Translations under genes and position numbers: made by a program
Shown: positions 1-17,200 of the stretch, piece after piece
Layout of the letters: the number at the start of each line of letters is the position of its first letter
Position numbering within the stretch: the first letter of the stretch is position 1
Assembly (NCBI GenBank): GCA_964057225.1
Contig: OZ059895.1
Span: 9,300,001 to 9,364,000, forward strand
DNA: 64,000 nt
Source of the DNA: Auanema rhodensis
Lineage: Eukaryota > Animalia > Nematoda
Reading direction: 5' to 3'
The notes under the pieces: model-generated
The model's database searches: none
What the model saw: the letters and a program-made list of their open reading frames with translations, nothing else
What the model was told of the DNA's origin: nothing

Positions 1-1270
1 CCTTCTGCCTCCTACCGCTAGCTGGGCACCATCGACAATCCATTTAGAAATATATCCAACCGTTAGAGCTAGCGAAAGTAAAGACAACGGTGTGTTAGTA
101 CTTTCCGCTACTCCAGAAAGTAGTACAGGACCGGCTTCACGCCAAGTTCTTCCCTAATAAAGAAAATAAAAATAGCGGATTTTTCAACTACCTTTTCAAA
201 AATTTCTACATATACTCGAATTCCAAATAAAGTTAACCAGGCAAATGTTAACAACTCTGCTAATCTTAAGCGGCGCCAAATCTCAGCACACCCTGATCTT
301 TATCATGAAAACAATTTTTAATAAAGCAGATTACCTGAAACTAATCCTTGATTCACAAAAATGTTTTTTAAACTTCTTAGTGTGCTTCCTAAACCTTGTA
401 ACATTTCTGGAACAAGGTATAAGATATACACACACATGAAAACCATAGCCATAGAACATGATATATTATGAGCTGAAGCAAGAAAATTAAAATATTATTA
501 AATTTGACATTTATACCATATATCAAATTGCCTAAAGCTATTCCACACATTCGAGCTAAGATAGGTCCTGTGAACATTGCTAGGCAAACCCTACCAAAAT
601 CATTCTCAATTCTCAGAATAAAAGCTTGGAAAACGGCTAAGAATACCTAAATTATGTTCATGAAATAGGTCTTCTTAATCAAACTAACTTGAGCAAAAAA
701 ATGAAAACCATGTCTTTCTAACTTTACAAAATCGTCTAGATGAACTTCTTGTTGTTTAGATGACTGTTCAAGAAAAACGTATACACAGGATAAGTAGTGG
801 GCGAATGCGAAAACTAAAACACTTAGTGCGCATGCATACATTCGAAAAAGCTTCGACAAAGGCAATGTAATAAGAAGAGCACTTATTATTAAAACTGTAG
901 AAGAGAACAATTATAAATTTAAGATGAAATGATCGTGGAACCTGAGTAACTGAGAATAATGGCGGCGGATTGATCAAAATCTCTCCTATGAACAAAATCT
1001 AATATTGTTGAAATATCAAAATATGAATTAAAAGGAGCCTAAACAATAATGAATGTACTATCAAATACTACACGTTCAAACCTTTGAGAGCATTTCTTGC
1101 GATATTTCTTCAAAGCTCACATCCTTGTTTCTCCACCACAATTCCAACAATAATAAACCGGGTAGACGTAAAACAATATCACAAATTTCCTCAGCTATTA
1201 CTCTGAGTAAATTCATACCATCGGTCATCTGACCAAAATGTTCTGTGCGTTGTAAGCCAAAGTATTCCAT
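1..1270 (-). CDS. rnf-145: RNF145/TRC8-family sterol-responsive multi-pass RING E3 ligase, 5' part (runs off window start; multi-exon)
   Basis: Exons translate to DIVLRLPGLLLLELWWR, LLITLPLSKLFRMY...FAHYLS, WRRLRLAELLTFAWL and GVAESTNTPLSLLSLALTV, which resemble the TRC8/RNF145 N-terminal membrane domain; GT-AG introns. Confidence 0.8.
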
Positions 1271-2018
1271 TATCTATTGTTTGTAAAGAAAACTGATTTC
1301 ATTTGAGTTTGTGGCTGTAATATTTCGATTTATAAATAATATTTTGATAGTTTGACAATTATATAACTAGCAACTAAGTATCAGTTAAGAGAACTTTTCA
1401 GTTAACAAGTCATGTTTTTTTTGACTTCTTGGGAAGAAAAACAAAAAACAAATGACATAACAAACAGAAAATTACGTTCAAAGTTGCGAAAGCAAACGGA
1501 AGGCACATTACATCTGATCATGCACCAAAAAGACTCGCTTCAAATTATTAGAAATCATGCTATAATTTATGAAGCTCTTGTTTATAATACGACTTCCTAT
1601 ACCATTTAACGGGCTTCGTGAGCCTGATGAATAAGCAATTGATTCAAAAAGTGTAGGGTATCACACGCGCAAGTTTCGGAACGTAAATAGTATTGCCATA
1701 TTTGAATTTATTTAATTATCAAAACTTATGAAGGACCTGCTAGTCAATACTTCGCGGACTCAGCTGCCCATTCTTTTACGGTAAAACTTGAAAATTGTTA
1801 ATAAATAAAAGGGGTACGCAAACACGCGTGAAGTTATTGTTGAAGTTGAACCGTGCTAGCGAGAATATGCATAGGTTAATCTTCGATCTTTTCATAAAAT
1901 CCATTTCTAACTGTACTAGATTACTATTTTAGATCAAATATTAGTTTACATATTTTTTATAAACGTATATGATTGAGTTAACCCAATTGTGCTTTTCTAA
2001 AATGTCTATTATTCAGTT

Positions 2019-2729
2019 ATGGATAAAGTTAATGATCTCTCATTTGAAAGACTAACCCTTGTTTCCGAATATGTTCAGCTCCAGGAATTATTGGTAGCTA
2101 AGCTCGATTGTGCAACGGGAGAAATATGTAAAGCCAAGTAAGATACCTACTAAGATACTTAAAATCATCATTATTTAAGAACAGTAAATGGGCTAGCTCT
2201 GTCTAGTTTTATTCGTCCTAGTTTGGAGAAAGAGATGGAGCCAACCTTGAGGTTTTTTTAAACTTTCTTTAATAATTTATTCAGTTTTACAGAATAAAAG
2301 TACAAGATGACACTTTTAAAATATGGGAAAATGATACTACAACAGACACAAAAGCATGTTTAGTTATTTTCTACCAAGTATAACTGTTTTTTTAGATTAA
2401 GAAACGCAAAGATAACGATAGCACTGACGAGCGAAAGACTGAGAAAGATGATAAAAAACCAGTAGAGATGAAAGTAGTGAACTTTAGACCTTTTGGAATT
2501 CTCGAACCAGCTTCCGCAAAAGCTGCAAGAAAACATATGGTGTCCGCTATAGAGGTAGGAACTACTGATTCTAATCGGCTTATAAGAACAATTTAAGGTA
2601 ATTTGTGAAATAGCATCAGTGAGGAGCTCAATTAAAAAAATAGAAGACGAAATGAACGAAATAATACAAAGCTTGAAAAAGGAGAAAGATATTTGTAGTT
2701 TATTATCATCTTTGAAAGTGGTCAATTAA
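2019..2729 (+). CDS. CCDC115: CCDC115/Vma22 V-ATPase assembly factor (5 exons)
   Basis: Spliced MDKVNDLSFERLTLVSEYVQLQELL...FRPFGILEPASAKAARKHMVSAIEVICEIASVRSSIKKIE; the FGIL-P motif plus terminal coiled coil is typical of the family; TTCAG just upstream of the ATG. Confidence 0.75.
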
Positions 2730-2851
2730 AATGTGATATTGTGTATTTATTTTAAAAATTAGTTTGCAAAGTAAATATTTCATTTTTTTCATTTTACTAA
2801 CAGCATACTAAGAGATCAGCTATTAATAGCAGCACTTAACAATTTCACAAA

Positions 2852-3247
2852 TTAATTAGCCTTCACTTGGTTACGAAGCATATGGAATATACGTTCCTTA
2901 ACCCAGTCCTTGTTGTGAGGAATATATGTTGCGCTCTCCTATAACAGACAACTATTTTAGCTAAAACATCGTGACAAACCATGTTGAAAACTAAGCAACT
3001 AAGATCCGTAAGTTTATCAATAAATTCAAAAAGATTCGATACATCATAAGTTATACTGGAAGAGGTAGGATTTTGTTTCTTCAAAAACTCTTCATAAATT
3101 TTACAGATACCTTAAAAAAACAATATAACTATTGTTATTAATGAAATTCATACCTTCTAAGCATTCCCCAGTGGTTTCATAGTCCGACCAAGTACGAGAA
3201 TCAGCTCTAGAGGTAGGTTGAATGAGCAATATGGTATGAGAAGACAT
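2852..3247 (-). CDS. ERH: Enhancer of rudimentary homolog (3 exons)
   Basis: MSSHTILLIQPTSRADSRTWSDYET...ICKIYEEFLKKQNP...ITYDVSNLFEFIDKLTDLSCLVFN...YIPHNKDWVKERIF; a TTTCAG trans-splice-like acceptor abuts the ATG. Confidence 0.95.
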
Positions 3248-3937
3248 CTGAAATGACAAATTATGAAAAAAAGTGTTAAAATAATTTAAAATAATTTAAA
3301 ATAATAAGAAAGAAAATTCCAAAATGATATTTTGATTTTAAATCGCATTTGTATTACAGATTTTGGCGGTACAAGTTTTTTTGAAATTAACGACGTAACA
3401 TTCATGCCATTAATAGTTACCGTAGTCTTTAGATGAAATCTTAAAATTAGAGATTCAGTTGAAGAATTTTCAGTAAAACTTCAAACAATATAATATAAAA
3501 CAGTATTAGAAGGAAAAGGTTTAGAACTTTCAAATTTATAAATAGTGCAAATTAATTTGAAACATATCAGTGTTTCTCTCATATACTGTGTTAACATCAT
3601 TTACAAATATCTCTTTGATGTCTAATAGAAAATTACGAGCAATATAACAATCTTACTATGTACCAGAGGCAAATCTTTGCATCTAGATAAGATAAAAATA
3701 ATGAACTAATTGTATAATGAGGATATTAACCTTCTATTAAATGGTTAAAACACTATGCCTCATGATCACTTTTTATATTATTAAAGTACAGCGCTCAAAA
3801 TATAAACGTACGCGATTTCACGACCAGAATTTCTTGAACTTCAATTTAAAAAATAATTTAACCATTGCTTTATTTCAGTTTGTTAAACATTTATTCCATA
3901 ATTATAATAATACAGAAATGCTTTTAAGATCAATATC

Positions 3938-6795
<2,858 letters not shown>

Positions 6796-7191
6796 TTGTT
6801 GTTAACATATTGTTATTTGTTACTGTTATTAAAATTTTATCACGTAAAAAGACTTAGAAGCAACAACTATTTACAAGGTAATGAACCTAAATGAAATTTC
6901 GACGAAAAGAAGAATGCGGCTGATATTTTGTTAAAAATGAAAAGTTTATAGAGTGAAATAAATTATAATAACAAAGATGAACGTCAGACGTGTTCAGAAA
7001 GAATGCAGAGAGTGTAAATCTAATAGGAGCGAATTAGAAAGCAATAATGAGCTTTTGAAATAAATAGAAAGCTTCAAATTCTACCCTATTAGTTCCCAAT
7101 AAAGTCGGAATACTAGACCCGTATGAGTCATTTGAGCTAAATATGCTAGAGACCCCTTTTGTGCGCATTAACAAGCAAAACCGTTCCAATC

Positions 7192-8526
7192 CTACCATCG
7201 TAAAGCTACACATCACCCTCATCTTTAGGTCTAGTGACTTCAGTTTCTATAAATGTTCTTAATCGGTCCAAATAGGCAGCATGAAGTTCAACATCGTTGT
7301 GTCCAGCACCTACAAATACAATCGATGACTTAAGAGAAATGTTAAGTATGACACACCTGCTACCCACAAAGGTTCAACTGATGAAGGGCATCTTTCGTAT
7401 ATTGATACTCCATGGGAAAAGTCAATGACCTGAAAAGTAAACATAGTACATAAAAGTTAACAAAAGAGAAGTTCCGAAATCATTCGGAAAATTATTTACC
7501 TCATCATCAGTTCCATGGATAACAAGTGTAGGACATTTGACTCTAGGTACTTTTTCAATCGATGGAAAAGCATCACAGCACCTGAATATTTAGATAAATT
7601 AAGATAAAATGTACAAATGTAAACCAAGTTCTCTGTGTCCCAGGGAAAGCTACCCTCATTCCGCTCATTAAAGGAGAATGAAGCACCAAAGCAGCTACAT
7701 GTTCTCTACTAGCTAGATCAACACTAGGAACTGTTCCAATCGACTGTCCATATAAAATAATACGCTCCGATGGAACACCTATAATATAAATAAATAGTAA
7801 ACCGGAAGAAAGATACTAAAAATTACCAAATTTGGTTTTTAGAACATCAAAAGCAGCAGCTATATCGGCATATAGATTCTTTTCAGATGGTTTTCCCGTA
7901 GAGCAACCATAACCTAAAAATTTATTTCCATATATATATATTAATGCATCTGATAATGTTTCAACCTGAATAGTCATAACTGAACACATTACAGCCCAGT
8001 CTCATCCCTAATCCATAATAAAAAGAGCTCATTTGCCCTAAATCTACAGCATTTCCATGCGAGAAGAGTAGAGTATAGTAAGCATTAAGAATTGGTTGTA
8101 CCATAACGCAAGATATTTTATTACGTCTGGTAGTTCTAAACAAAAAAAAATGCTAAATATTATTGGACTCCCGTACCTTGCTGTGCACATCTCAACTGAT
8201 TCAGAAAGACTTGTATCGCCATGAGGCCATTCTGCTCGTCCGTGTAAGAGATTCAATCTGAGAACACTTTGAGGTTCAAAATTAAGATTAAATAATAATT
8301 ACTTATTATTTTCTGTAGAAGAATAGCTAGGCTCAGGAGGCATGAAAGCTAACTTAGACACGATTGAAGAAGGGAAAGGAGGACAACAAAATAAACAGCA
8401 TAAATCTCTGAAAATAATGACTGTTTGCCTTTATTAAAGTTCAGTTTACCTCATTGAGACTCTACCCGCCGCAGGGGGTGAACCAGGTCCCATATGAGCC
8501 GAAGCATCGGACTGCCCAGAAGACAT
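7192..8526 (-). CDS. aho-3: ABHD17-family alpha/beta-hydrolase (depalmitoylase)
   Basis: N-terminal [52 protein letters not shown] nucleophile motif, [17 protein letters not shown]. Confidence 0.93.
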
Positions 8527-9882
8527 AAAAGATCTGAAGAAATACGAATTAAGCAGTTGAAAGAAATACAATTCAGTTCAAAAGAATAGTTTTCTGGAAT
8601 ACTTTCAAACATGGAAAAATATGAAATGAGTTAAACAAACAAAACAGATAAGTTTTAATGTGATAGCTACTGATAAGCGTTCTGAGGAATTGCAATAAAA
8701 ATACTCATAACTCATCAGTATAGACAACATTGTTAGACTTGACATGTTGATAAGAATTAATGCAGTACCATTTAGTGAATAAGTGTGAGTAGGAGAAATT
8801 TTAGAACCAAAATGCTTCTTTCATGCTATACAATTAAAATTTTAAAAGTCTTTGTTGTTATACGCTAACTGTTTTAAAAGTTTTAGCATAATATAGGAAA
8901 AATCCAAAACTTATAGCAAGGATACGACGCCTGTTTGTTGCCAAACACAATTAAAGGTCTGTGTCCAAACTTATTGAATACGAGCTAGAGCGCGCTTCAT
9001 ACCAAACATGCAATGTCTTTCTATTAATTTTACAAGATGATTGAAAAAAAAAAGAAAACCATTTATGCTATTCTTAATTTGTTTTGCTCTTTTTATAACA
9101 ATTAGATTTTGTTCTTCTATGCAGTTTATGAATTAAATAATGCACCTTAAATAGAAAGAAATATTTCAAATTATGAAAATTTATACATATTTTTTGGGGA
9201 AAACAAAGAACAAGGCATGCAAACAAGTGGAAATCAATCTATTTATGATGTTTTAGAAATGATTCAAGAATCTGGAATGCTTAATTGACACATGTAACAA
9301 TTTCAATCAATTAAATACTTCGTTTTCCTTAAATTTAAAGTTTTCTACAATAAACTTGTATTAAATTAAATTGTCGAGAAATAAGTAGTTATATAGATTT
9401 GCAAGAAATATAATTCTTGTTAATTTCCAATTAACATCTATCATCCAATAATAATAGTCTACTTGTATCTGATAAATGCAAATTGAAATTCAACTTTAGC
9501 TTAATTATTTATTTTAAATTCTATGCTTATTAAGAATAGTGGATATCAGTGATGCTTTGTAGTTGTATATATTAATTAAAGTTATATCGTTTATTTATTA
9601 AAAAATTTTGAACAGAAAACTGACAACAAAGAAAAAAATAAAATACATTCAAATACTAAAAACTAATAAAGGGATATATCAACCTTTAAGAAATCGCATG
9701 CTAATATTAGGTATGCGTTTAGAAACATTTGCCTTTGTAAGTCTACTAAATCCAGCATAACCTTTATTGGCAAAACCCGCTCATGATATAAGTGTTTTGT
9801 ATCTTTTACTACTTTATTTCAGTTATGATGTGCTATAAACCACACAACTGAATAAAATTAATTCACTAATGAAAGATGACAG

Positions 9883-12800
9883 TTATTTCTTTTTGTCTTT
9901 CGTTGTCTCACTTCCATAACCACCATCAGACTGGCTGGAACCACTTAAAGGCCTCCGAGTCTCCCGTCTGAAAACGAAAGATGTAATGAAATCAAAACCA
10001 AAAAAAAGTAATTTCTAATGATAATAGTATAATCATAAAAAATTATCTTACATGAAATTAGTTCTTGCTTTTCTAATACTTTTGACTACATGTTGTTTAA
10101 CTTGTGGTTGACAACATGTAATTTGGTATATAGCCTCTGGAGTTCCTTAAAAATAAGAATATTTTATGAAACACTTTAGTAATTAATAACTATTCTTAAT
10201 AGTTCTTACACATACCATGTCCTAGTTGAGCATTTGGTCCTTTCAAAACAATGTGATATAATACTAACAAGCAATCTTCTCCTTTTGAGCGTTGTCTGCT
10301 ATCTTCTTCTATTTCTATTTCGTTAATAGGAATTATACGCACATATTTCATCTACCAATATTAGAATTATACGGTATAATAAGTAAATCCTACTTTATAT
10401 TCGCTTTTCAGATTTGCTGGTACGAGCAACACTAGTGATTGGAAAACAAATATCACATATTCCGGATTAGCTTTGTCTCCATTCAGCCATCGAATATGAG
10501 CAAAAATGACCAAATAACGAATATCAATCCGTATGCCCTTCAAAACCATACAAATTCAGTTTTTAATTTAAATTTTGGAATACCTTTTCTGAGAGTAATG
10601 CTTGCTTTTCTTTCCGAATCCAATCAATCAGAGGTGCAAACTGCTCATGTATTCGTTGCATTTCGTTTACATATTCAGCCAGAGTTTGCATTTTTTCAAG
10701 AGCTGCTTCAACCTCAAATAAGACAAAAAACATGAACATATTTCATTTCTGAACTAACTTGTCTAGCTTCAATACTATCCTTTTCACAACCAGTTAAAAT
10801 TGCCTGAAGCAAAAGAGGATATTGAACAACTCGTTGGATGGGTCGAATCATTCTAGATTCATAAGAACAATGCTGTTCTCCAGAACTGTTAGCCGACTAA
10901 AAGAAACATTATGATTATATACAAAAACTTTTCAATAAACCTCAAGTTGTACTAAAAGTTCTTTACAAAGCGATAATTCTCTTTGAAGTCTTAAATATGC
11001 TGCAGCATATTCAGCATAGATTTTAAAATCTCCACATTTGTTAACAAAGAGAGCACTTATACGCATTACAGCATCCTAGAATATACATGAATGTATATAT
11101 ATGAATATAATAAAGCAAATCTTACTCGTATTTGAGGTCGAGATTGAGATTGTGTGACATTAACATCACCAATAGCTTCTTGTAACGAATCAAGAAATCC
11201 AACCTAAATGATAAAAATTCATACTGTAATCCTCATCATGTTTGATTTCAAACCTGAATATCTCTTAGACGCAACACAGATTCCATAATTTCTCTCACCA
11301 TTCTTATACTCAAAAACTTGTCGATCATCTGTGAAGTTTATAAAATATTATTTTTTCAAATATCAATGATTATATACTTCTTTAAGGTCATCTACGTATT
11401 TCTTTTCAGTTCTTAACATTTCATCCAATCCTCGAACCATTCGTTCTTCCATTTTATTTCTTAACTCTGCCGAAGGCACAGTTGTTGAAATAGCCATTCT
11501 GCTTTTCTTAAATATTTTCATATTTTACAAACAAAAGAATTGGATAATCACAAAATGGTTTCTTGTTTAACTAACCTTTTCACGTTCTTCGGATTTTGAG
11601 TGAATCAAATTTTGTGTAGGAGAACCTGCGCGTCGTCGCAAACGTATAACTCGCCCTTCTCTAAGTAATTTTTCTACATCAGCAGCAGACGTAACCTAGA
11701 GATATGGTTTTATTTAATTCTTAATTATTTGACTGACTTCTGAAATAAGACGTCCATCAACGCTCACTACAGTATCACCAATGGCTGCTCCACCAGGAGC
11801 ATAACTAGCTACACCTCGGACTTCAGCTTTTATAGTTCCAGCATCATTATGCGCATATATAGTTAAGCCTAATTTTCCTTGATTCTTTTCAACTTGATAC
11901 TCCGGACTCAGTAATAAGCGCCAGCTACCATCTGTCTCGAGGGCACGTTGAAGTTCAAAATACTGAGGTTGAAGAGATAGTCGGCTACATAATTTTTCGA
12001 GTATTTCTGTTGGATCTTGATTAGAATGTGTGATACAAGTTGTTTTGCCGTTAGGTAAGCTGATAGGAATAACAACATCGTTTGAAGAACCAGGCAAGTT
12101 CATGATTCCTTCATTTGTTGTAAAATCGCCTTCGATCGTTTGAGTAGCAACTAAAGCTTTTAAATCGTTAACTCGTATTTCTACAGGTTTTCGCCACCTA
12201 TAATATGAGAAATAAATTATAAAATTGATGTGAAAATACTTAAACTTACATTCGGAAATTATACATATTTGAATAAATCAAATAGATTGAAGGTAAAGGA
12301 CATTCTTCTAATAATTGATGTTGTAACGAAGAAAATAAATCAGATGAAAGAATCTAAAAATTAAATTAAATATCTAATAAAGGAATAATTAGTTAAACAA
12401 AGTTTATATATAAAATCAATTTTTCTATATCTTGCAAATAAAATAAATTGAGGAAGTATTTACATTTGACATATGACATTGATTAATTTTGATCGTAAAA
12501 TATCTTCGAAAACCACATGATCACCAGCAGTCAGCAATCAAATGCTTTTCAAAAACTTTAATTTATTCATAACTTACTGAGCATGAATCTGAAACTGAAC
12601 GATCTTCAAATACAGCTATTCGTTGTTCTATAGCATGAGCTTTAAGTTTGAGTTTTGCTTTAATTGTTCGATTTTCTCTGTCACCTTGATGATATTTCAA
12701 CTAAAAAAATTAAAAATAATAGGTAAATATCATTGATTTTACTCACCAAAATTTCTTTATCTTGAAGTTTTGCTAACTGTCTTCTCAAATACATTATAGC

Positions 12801-14190
12801 TACATCTGCACATGTTGTTCTAGCTAATAGTAATGATGACATGTACAGAACCTTTAAATCTATTATTACATCTATTCTCTGTACTTCTTCCTATACCTGT
12901 TTCACAAATTTTCCAGCTTCTCCCGAAAATTCAAAACAGAAAAGATTTGTGGCATATGCTAAGTGAAGTATATTAGGTTGTGTTGATGATGAGAGTATAA
13001 AACATTCAACCTAAATTAAAATAATTAATTTAATTATAAATATAATTTTAATAACTAACCAAATCAATATTAATCAATCCATTATTATAATGAAAAACCA
13101 TACTGAGTGGATTTAGTGAAACCTATAAAACTTTATAAACTTTTCACAACATTCCAATATAATATTACCATTGTTATTTCTTGTTGACCATTTGTTTTCT
13201 CTATTTCTTGACCATTCCATTTGCCAATTATTTTGACCTGCAGAATATCAAATCAAAATTTTTTTATTGTTATCAATGAAAAAACCTGAGCCATGATGTT
13301 ATGTTGAAGTAAGCTTGTCATGTTGTTCATAATTGGATCACAATTGACTGTAGAAATAGCTTCAGTAAGACAAAAATTTATAAAAGACGTTGTGTCTTTG
13401 ACTGATAAGGTGTTCAAAGCTAAAGTATGTCCTCCAACATCCCGCCAAAACACAAAACAATCCGAAATTTTCTCGACTTTTTGGCCTATAAGATGAAAGC
13501 ATATGTTGTAAACAAGGTTGATATCTTGAAATTTCAAATAGTTTTTAAAAATAATTAATTAGTTTTCACTTAATGAAGAGATTACAGTTAGTTATTAGGC
13601 TATGCAAATGAAATTACATCATTAATTAAGTTCATAGAATCAAATCAAAGAAAGTGAGACATAACAAGATTATCAGAGAGATGAAGATAGACATGGTAGA
13701 TTTAGGATCAATTAAGACATAAGGCAACAACAAGGAGGTGACACATGGAGGAAGAGAATGAGAAATGAGATAGAATTAGTATATTAGTTAAGTTGTGAAT
13801 TAGATCATTACAGTAGTTAATCAAGAATCAAGATAAATGCCTTGTTTATTACTTATAAATACATCAAATACTATGTATACATACATACATATATCTTTGT
13901 TCTATGTATACCACCACCACTACCACCTTTCCTCTCTCTTACCCCCCACCCTCCTTAAAATCCGGAAAAATTGAAATGTAAAATTGACCAATGAAGCAGA
14001 TACAACCTTTATAAACATTTCTTTCTCCATTTCAATTCATGCTCACAAGCAGAAGCATTTTAGTTTCCCTGTTGAAGCCGTTTTATGCGTATTTGGTAAT
14101 GTTTTCCCATCTCGCATAAGAATAGCATAAAATAGAAATCGTGTGAGAAGGGCAGAAAGGAATTATCTATAGCTTTTCTCTCTCTCCCTA

Positions 14191-14240
<50 letters not shown>

Positions 14241-17200
14241 TCTCTCTATTTCTCCCTCCCTCTCTCTATCTCTTTCTTTCCCTCTTTTACTATTATGTAT
14301 AACTCCTCTGATTTCTACGCTACTCAAGTATCCTTTTTATACCAACTCTTCATTCTAAATGAATATGGGTTTAGGATGGGAACGTATAACTTAGATGTAG
14401 AATAGAATAGAATTTATTGAATATTATATAAATCTTAACTATATTATAAAATATTTTTTATATTATTAATCAAAATAAATAGAAATTATCAGAATATTAT
14501 AAATTAAAAGAATTGAAATCAATAAAAAGAATATTGAAAAGATTGAAGGAATAAGAAACATTTTTATAAAATGAATGAGTATTGAGATTTCTCGCAAGCT
14601 GATACCCACTTGATCACAATTCACCTTTCAATTGCCGAAGCAAATACAAAATTGAGAGATTAACCAATTATAAAAAATTATTAATCATAGAAAAATTATC
14701 AAATATTGTTATCTTTTAATTTAGAAATAGAATAAATATAAAATTCAAAAGATATAATATCTTCTTAATTTTTAAAAGAAATAAAATTTTACCTTTCAAG
14801 ACTACTGTCTCAAGTATGTTACGCCCAGTTGGAGAAGCTGCGCGAACAACTGTATCTCCATTATCCACTTTTTGACAGCATACATACAGAAGCCGTGGCT
14901 CAACCATGAGCCATTTTTTGCCATCTGCTGATAATTCAAATAATTCCGCATGAATTCTGGAATGAAATACTTAACTATATATACTTTATATACTTTGAGA
15001 AAGCTATTACCAATATATTTACCAAAAACAATTAAGTTTAAAACTTGAAAACAACCTACCGCATAGTTGTTTTTATAAAAATAAGAAAATATAATAATTA
15101 TCAGGAAAGTATGAAGTACTTCATCTATTGTACCAGTCTCATATGAATGAAGCAAAGGTTTGAGCGGACCCTTCCGGGTAGACTGATATATGGATTGCTG
15201 GCGGGGTGGTCCTAGATGAGCTTATAAATGAAGAGAAGCCCTCAAAAAGACAAAAGAGATTATCGCCAAGCAAAATGATTTTGACGAAATAATGAAAGAA
15301 AAACATAAAACAAAAATAGTAAATAGCTAAGTATATTATAGAAAAACAGGAAGAGTTATGAAAGAAAAAACTGCATATGCATGTATTGTCGTACATTCAT
15401 ATAAAAATAGCATAATTAGAATGAAAAAGCCTATTTTAGTTAAATATAAAATAAATTTATTTAATTTATATAATATAAATATTAAATAGAATCAATAATA
15501 TGTTTTATAATTAAATAATAATAATAGTAATCATGAGGATGATGAGGATGATGCTGATACTCAGCATGTGCTGCCAAAAAAAAATATTTCTTTACTTCAA
15601 AAGTTCAAAGCTTTAAAGAATATGATTATATAGAGAAGAAATAGGAAATTGCGCCGACAATTCAGTTATTATGAAGAATAAGAGAAAAGAAAGTAAGAAG
15701 GACAAATGGATTTTCATGTAAAAGAAGAAAATTTTCAATTCGCTGTCATTTGAAATGATGTTCGAGAAAATAAGATGATGATGATGATGATGATGATGAG
15801 ACTAGACTGATGACATGAATGAGGTAAGAGCTAATGATTATGTTGAAAATGAAAAAAGAAAAGAAAAAAAATGAAACAAAAGTAAGTTTTTGAATGTCAA
15901 AAAAAGGTGTTGATGAGTATTATGAGAAAAGAAGTAATTTGAAGAATTGAATTGAAAACTACAGGTAAACATGTTAAGGACGGTAGTATTCAATTGTTAT
16001 TACTAAAATATTTTATGTGTCTGTAAAGTAATAACAACATGAAGATTATATATTTAAAATAATAATTTGTGTTAACCTCATGGATATATTCTAAAGCATG
16101 AACATTCTTTACTTTACTACTGTTGTTCCCAAGCATCTTCTCATGCTTTTGCATTTTCGAATGAGTTCTTTGAATAGCATATGCAAATCAATAAAACTGC
16201 CGTTGATGGAGAACGTACGTGACCCGATTACGTGTCAAGCTAGAATACGTTTCAAGCTGAAATAGGTTTCAAGCTGGTTAGTTAGACAGAGTATGAATTT
16301 CAACTTGATGTACAATTTTTTTTGAAATGTTAGGAAAATGACATGACATCAACGTCAATTGAATTATGCATTATAAGTCTAAGAATTTTTTTAGTGGCAA
16401 ATAATACAGATGTTTATGAGCATTTTTTTCCACATACTAGTGGTTATTAGCAGTAAATCTTTTAACAAACGGTATACTTGTGAAAAGCTTAACAAATTAA
16501 CAAATGAGATAATCTTTTTTGTCAATAAGCATGTATTTAGGAAAGAAAAAAGTTTAAAACTTTTTATTTAAGAAAAAAAAAGAGAAAAAAACTGATATTC
16601 TTATAGATAAGAAATAACTGAACTATATATAACATATAAATAATGGATTATTATTATTCTTATTACTTGAATCTTTGAAATAATTTTACATTAAACAAAA
16701 CAAAAGTTTGAAACAAAATGTTTTGAAATCGCATTGCAGTACTATATGCGAATAATGGGAATTGTTTAAACTTAAAATAGACTATATCTAGCAAATAATT
16801 CAAATTGAATAAGATTAAAACTTTAGTTAAGTTCACATCTGGTCATATGCGTGCTATTTCTTGCGGAACAGCATGAAGTCATCATCAACACAATGCTGCT
16901 CCGAAGCAGAAGATGTAGTTGTTCAGTAGACAGAAAAAGAAAACGAAAGATAGCTTTAACTACGAATAGCGCTGACAACGAAAAAAAGGACACAGGGAAA
17001 TGTACGGGATTGAGCGAAAAGAGAAAGAGAGAGAGAGAGATAGATAGAGAGAGAGAGATTGAGAGAAAATGAGAAAAAGAGAAAGAGTAAAAGATGTTAG
17101 AAAATTCTTATTTGGTTGTGCTCTAACGGACTAAAAATTAGAGTATGCCATTTTAGAAGAAGGATAGGAGCAATTTCCTTGTCTATTTTCTCACAATTTG

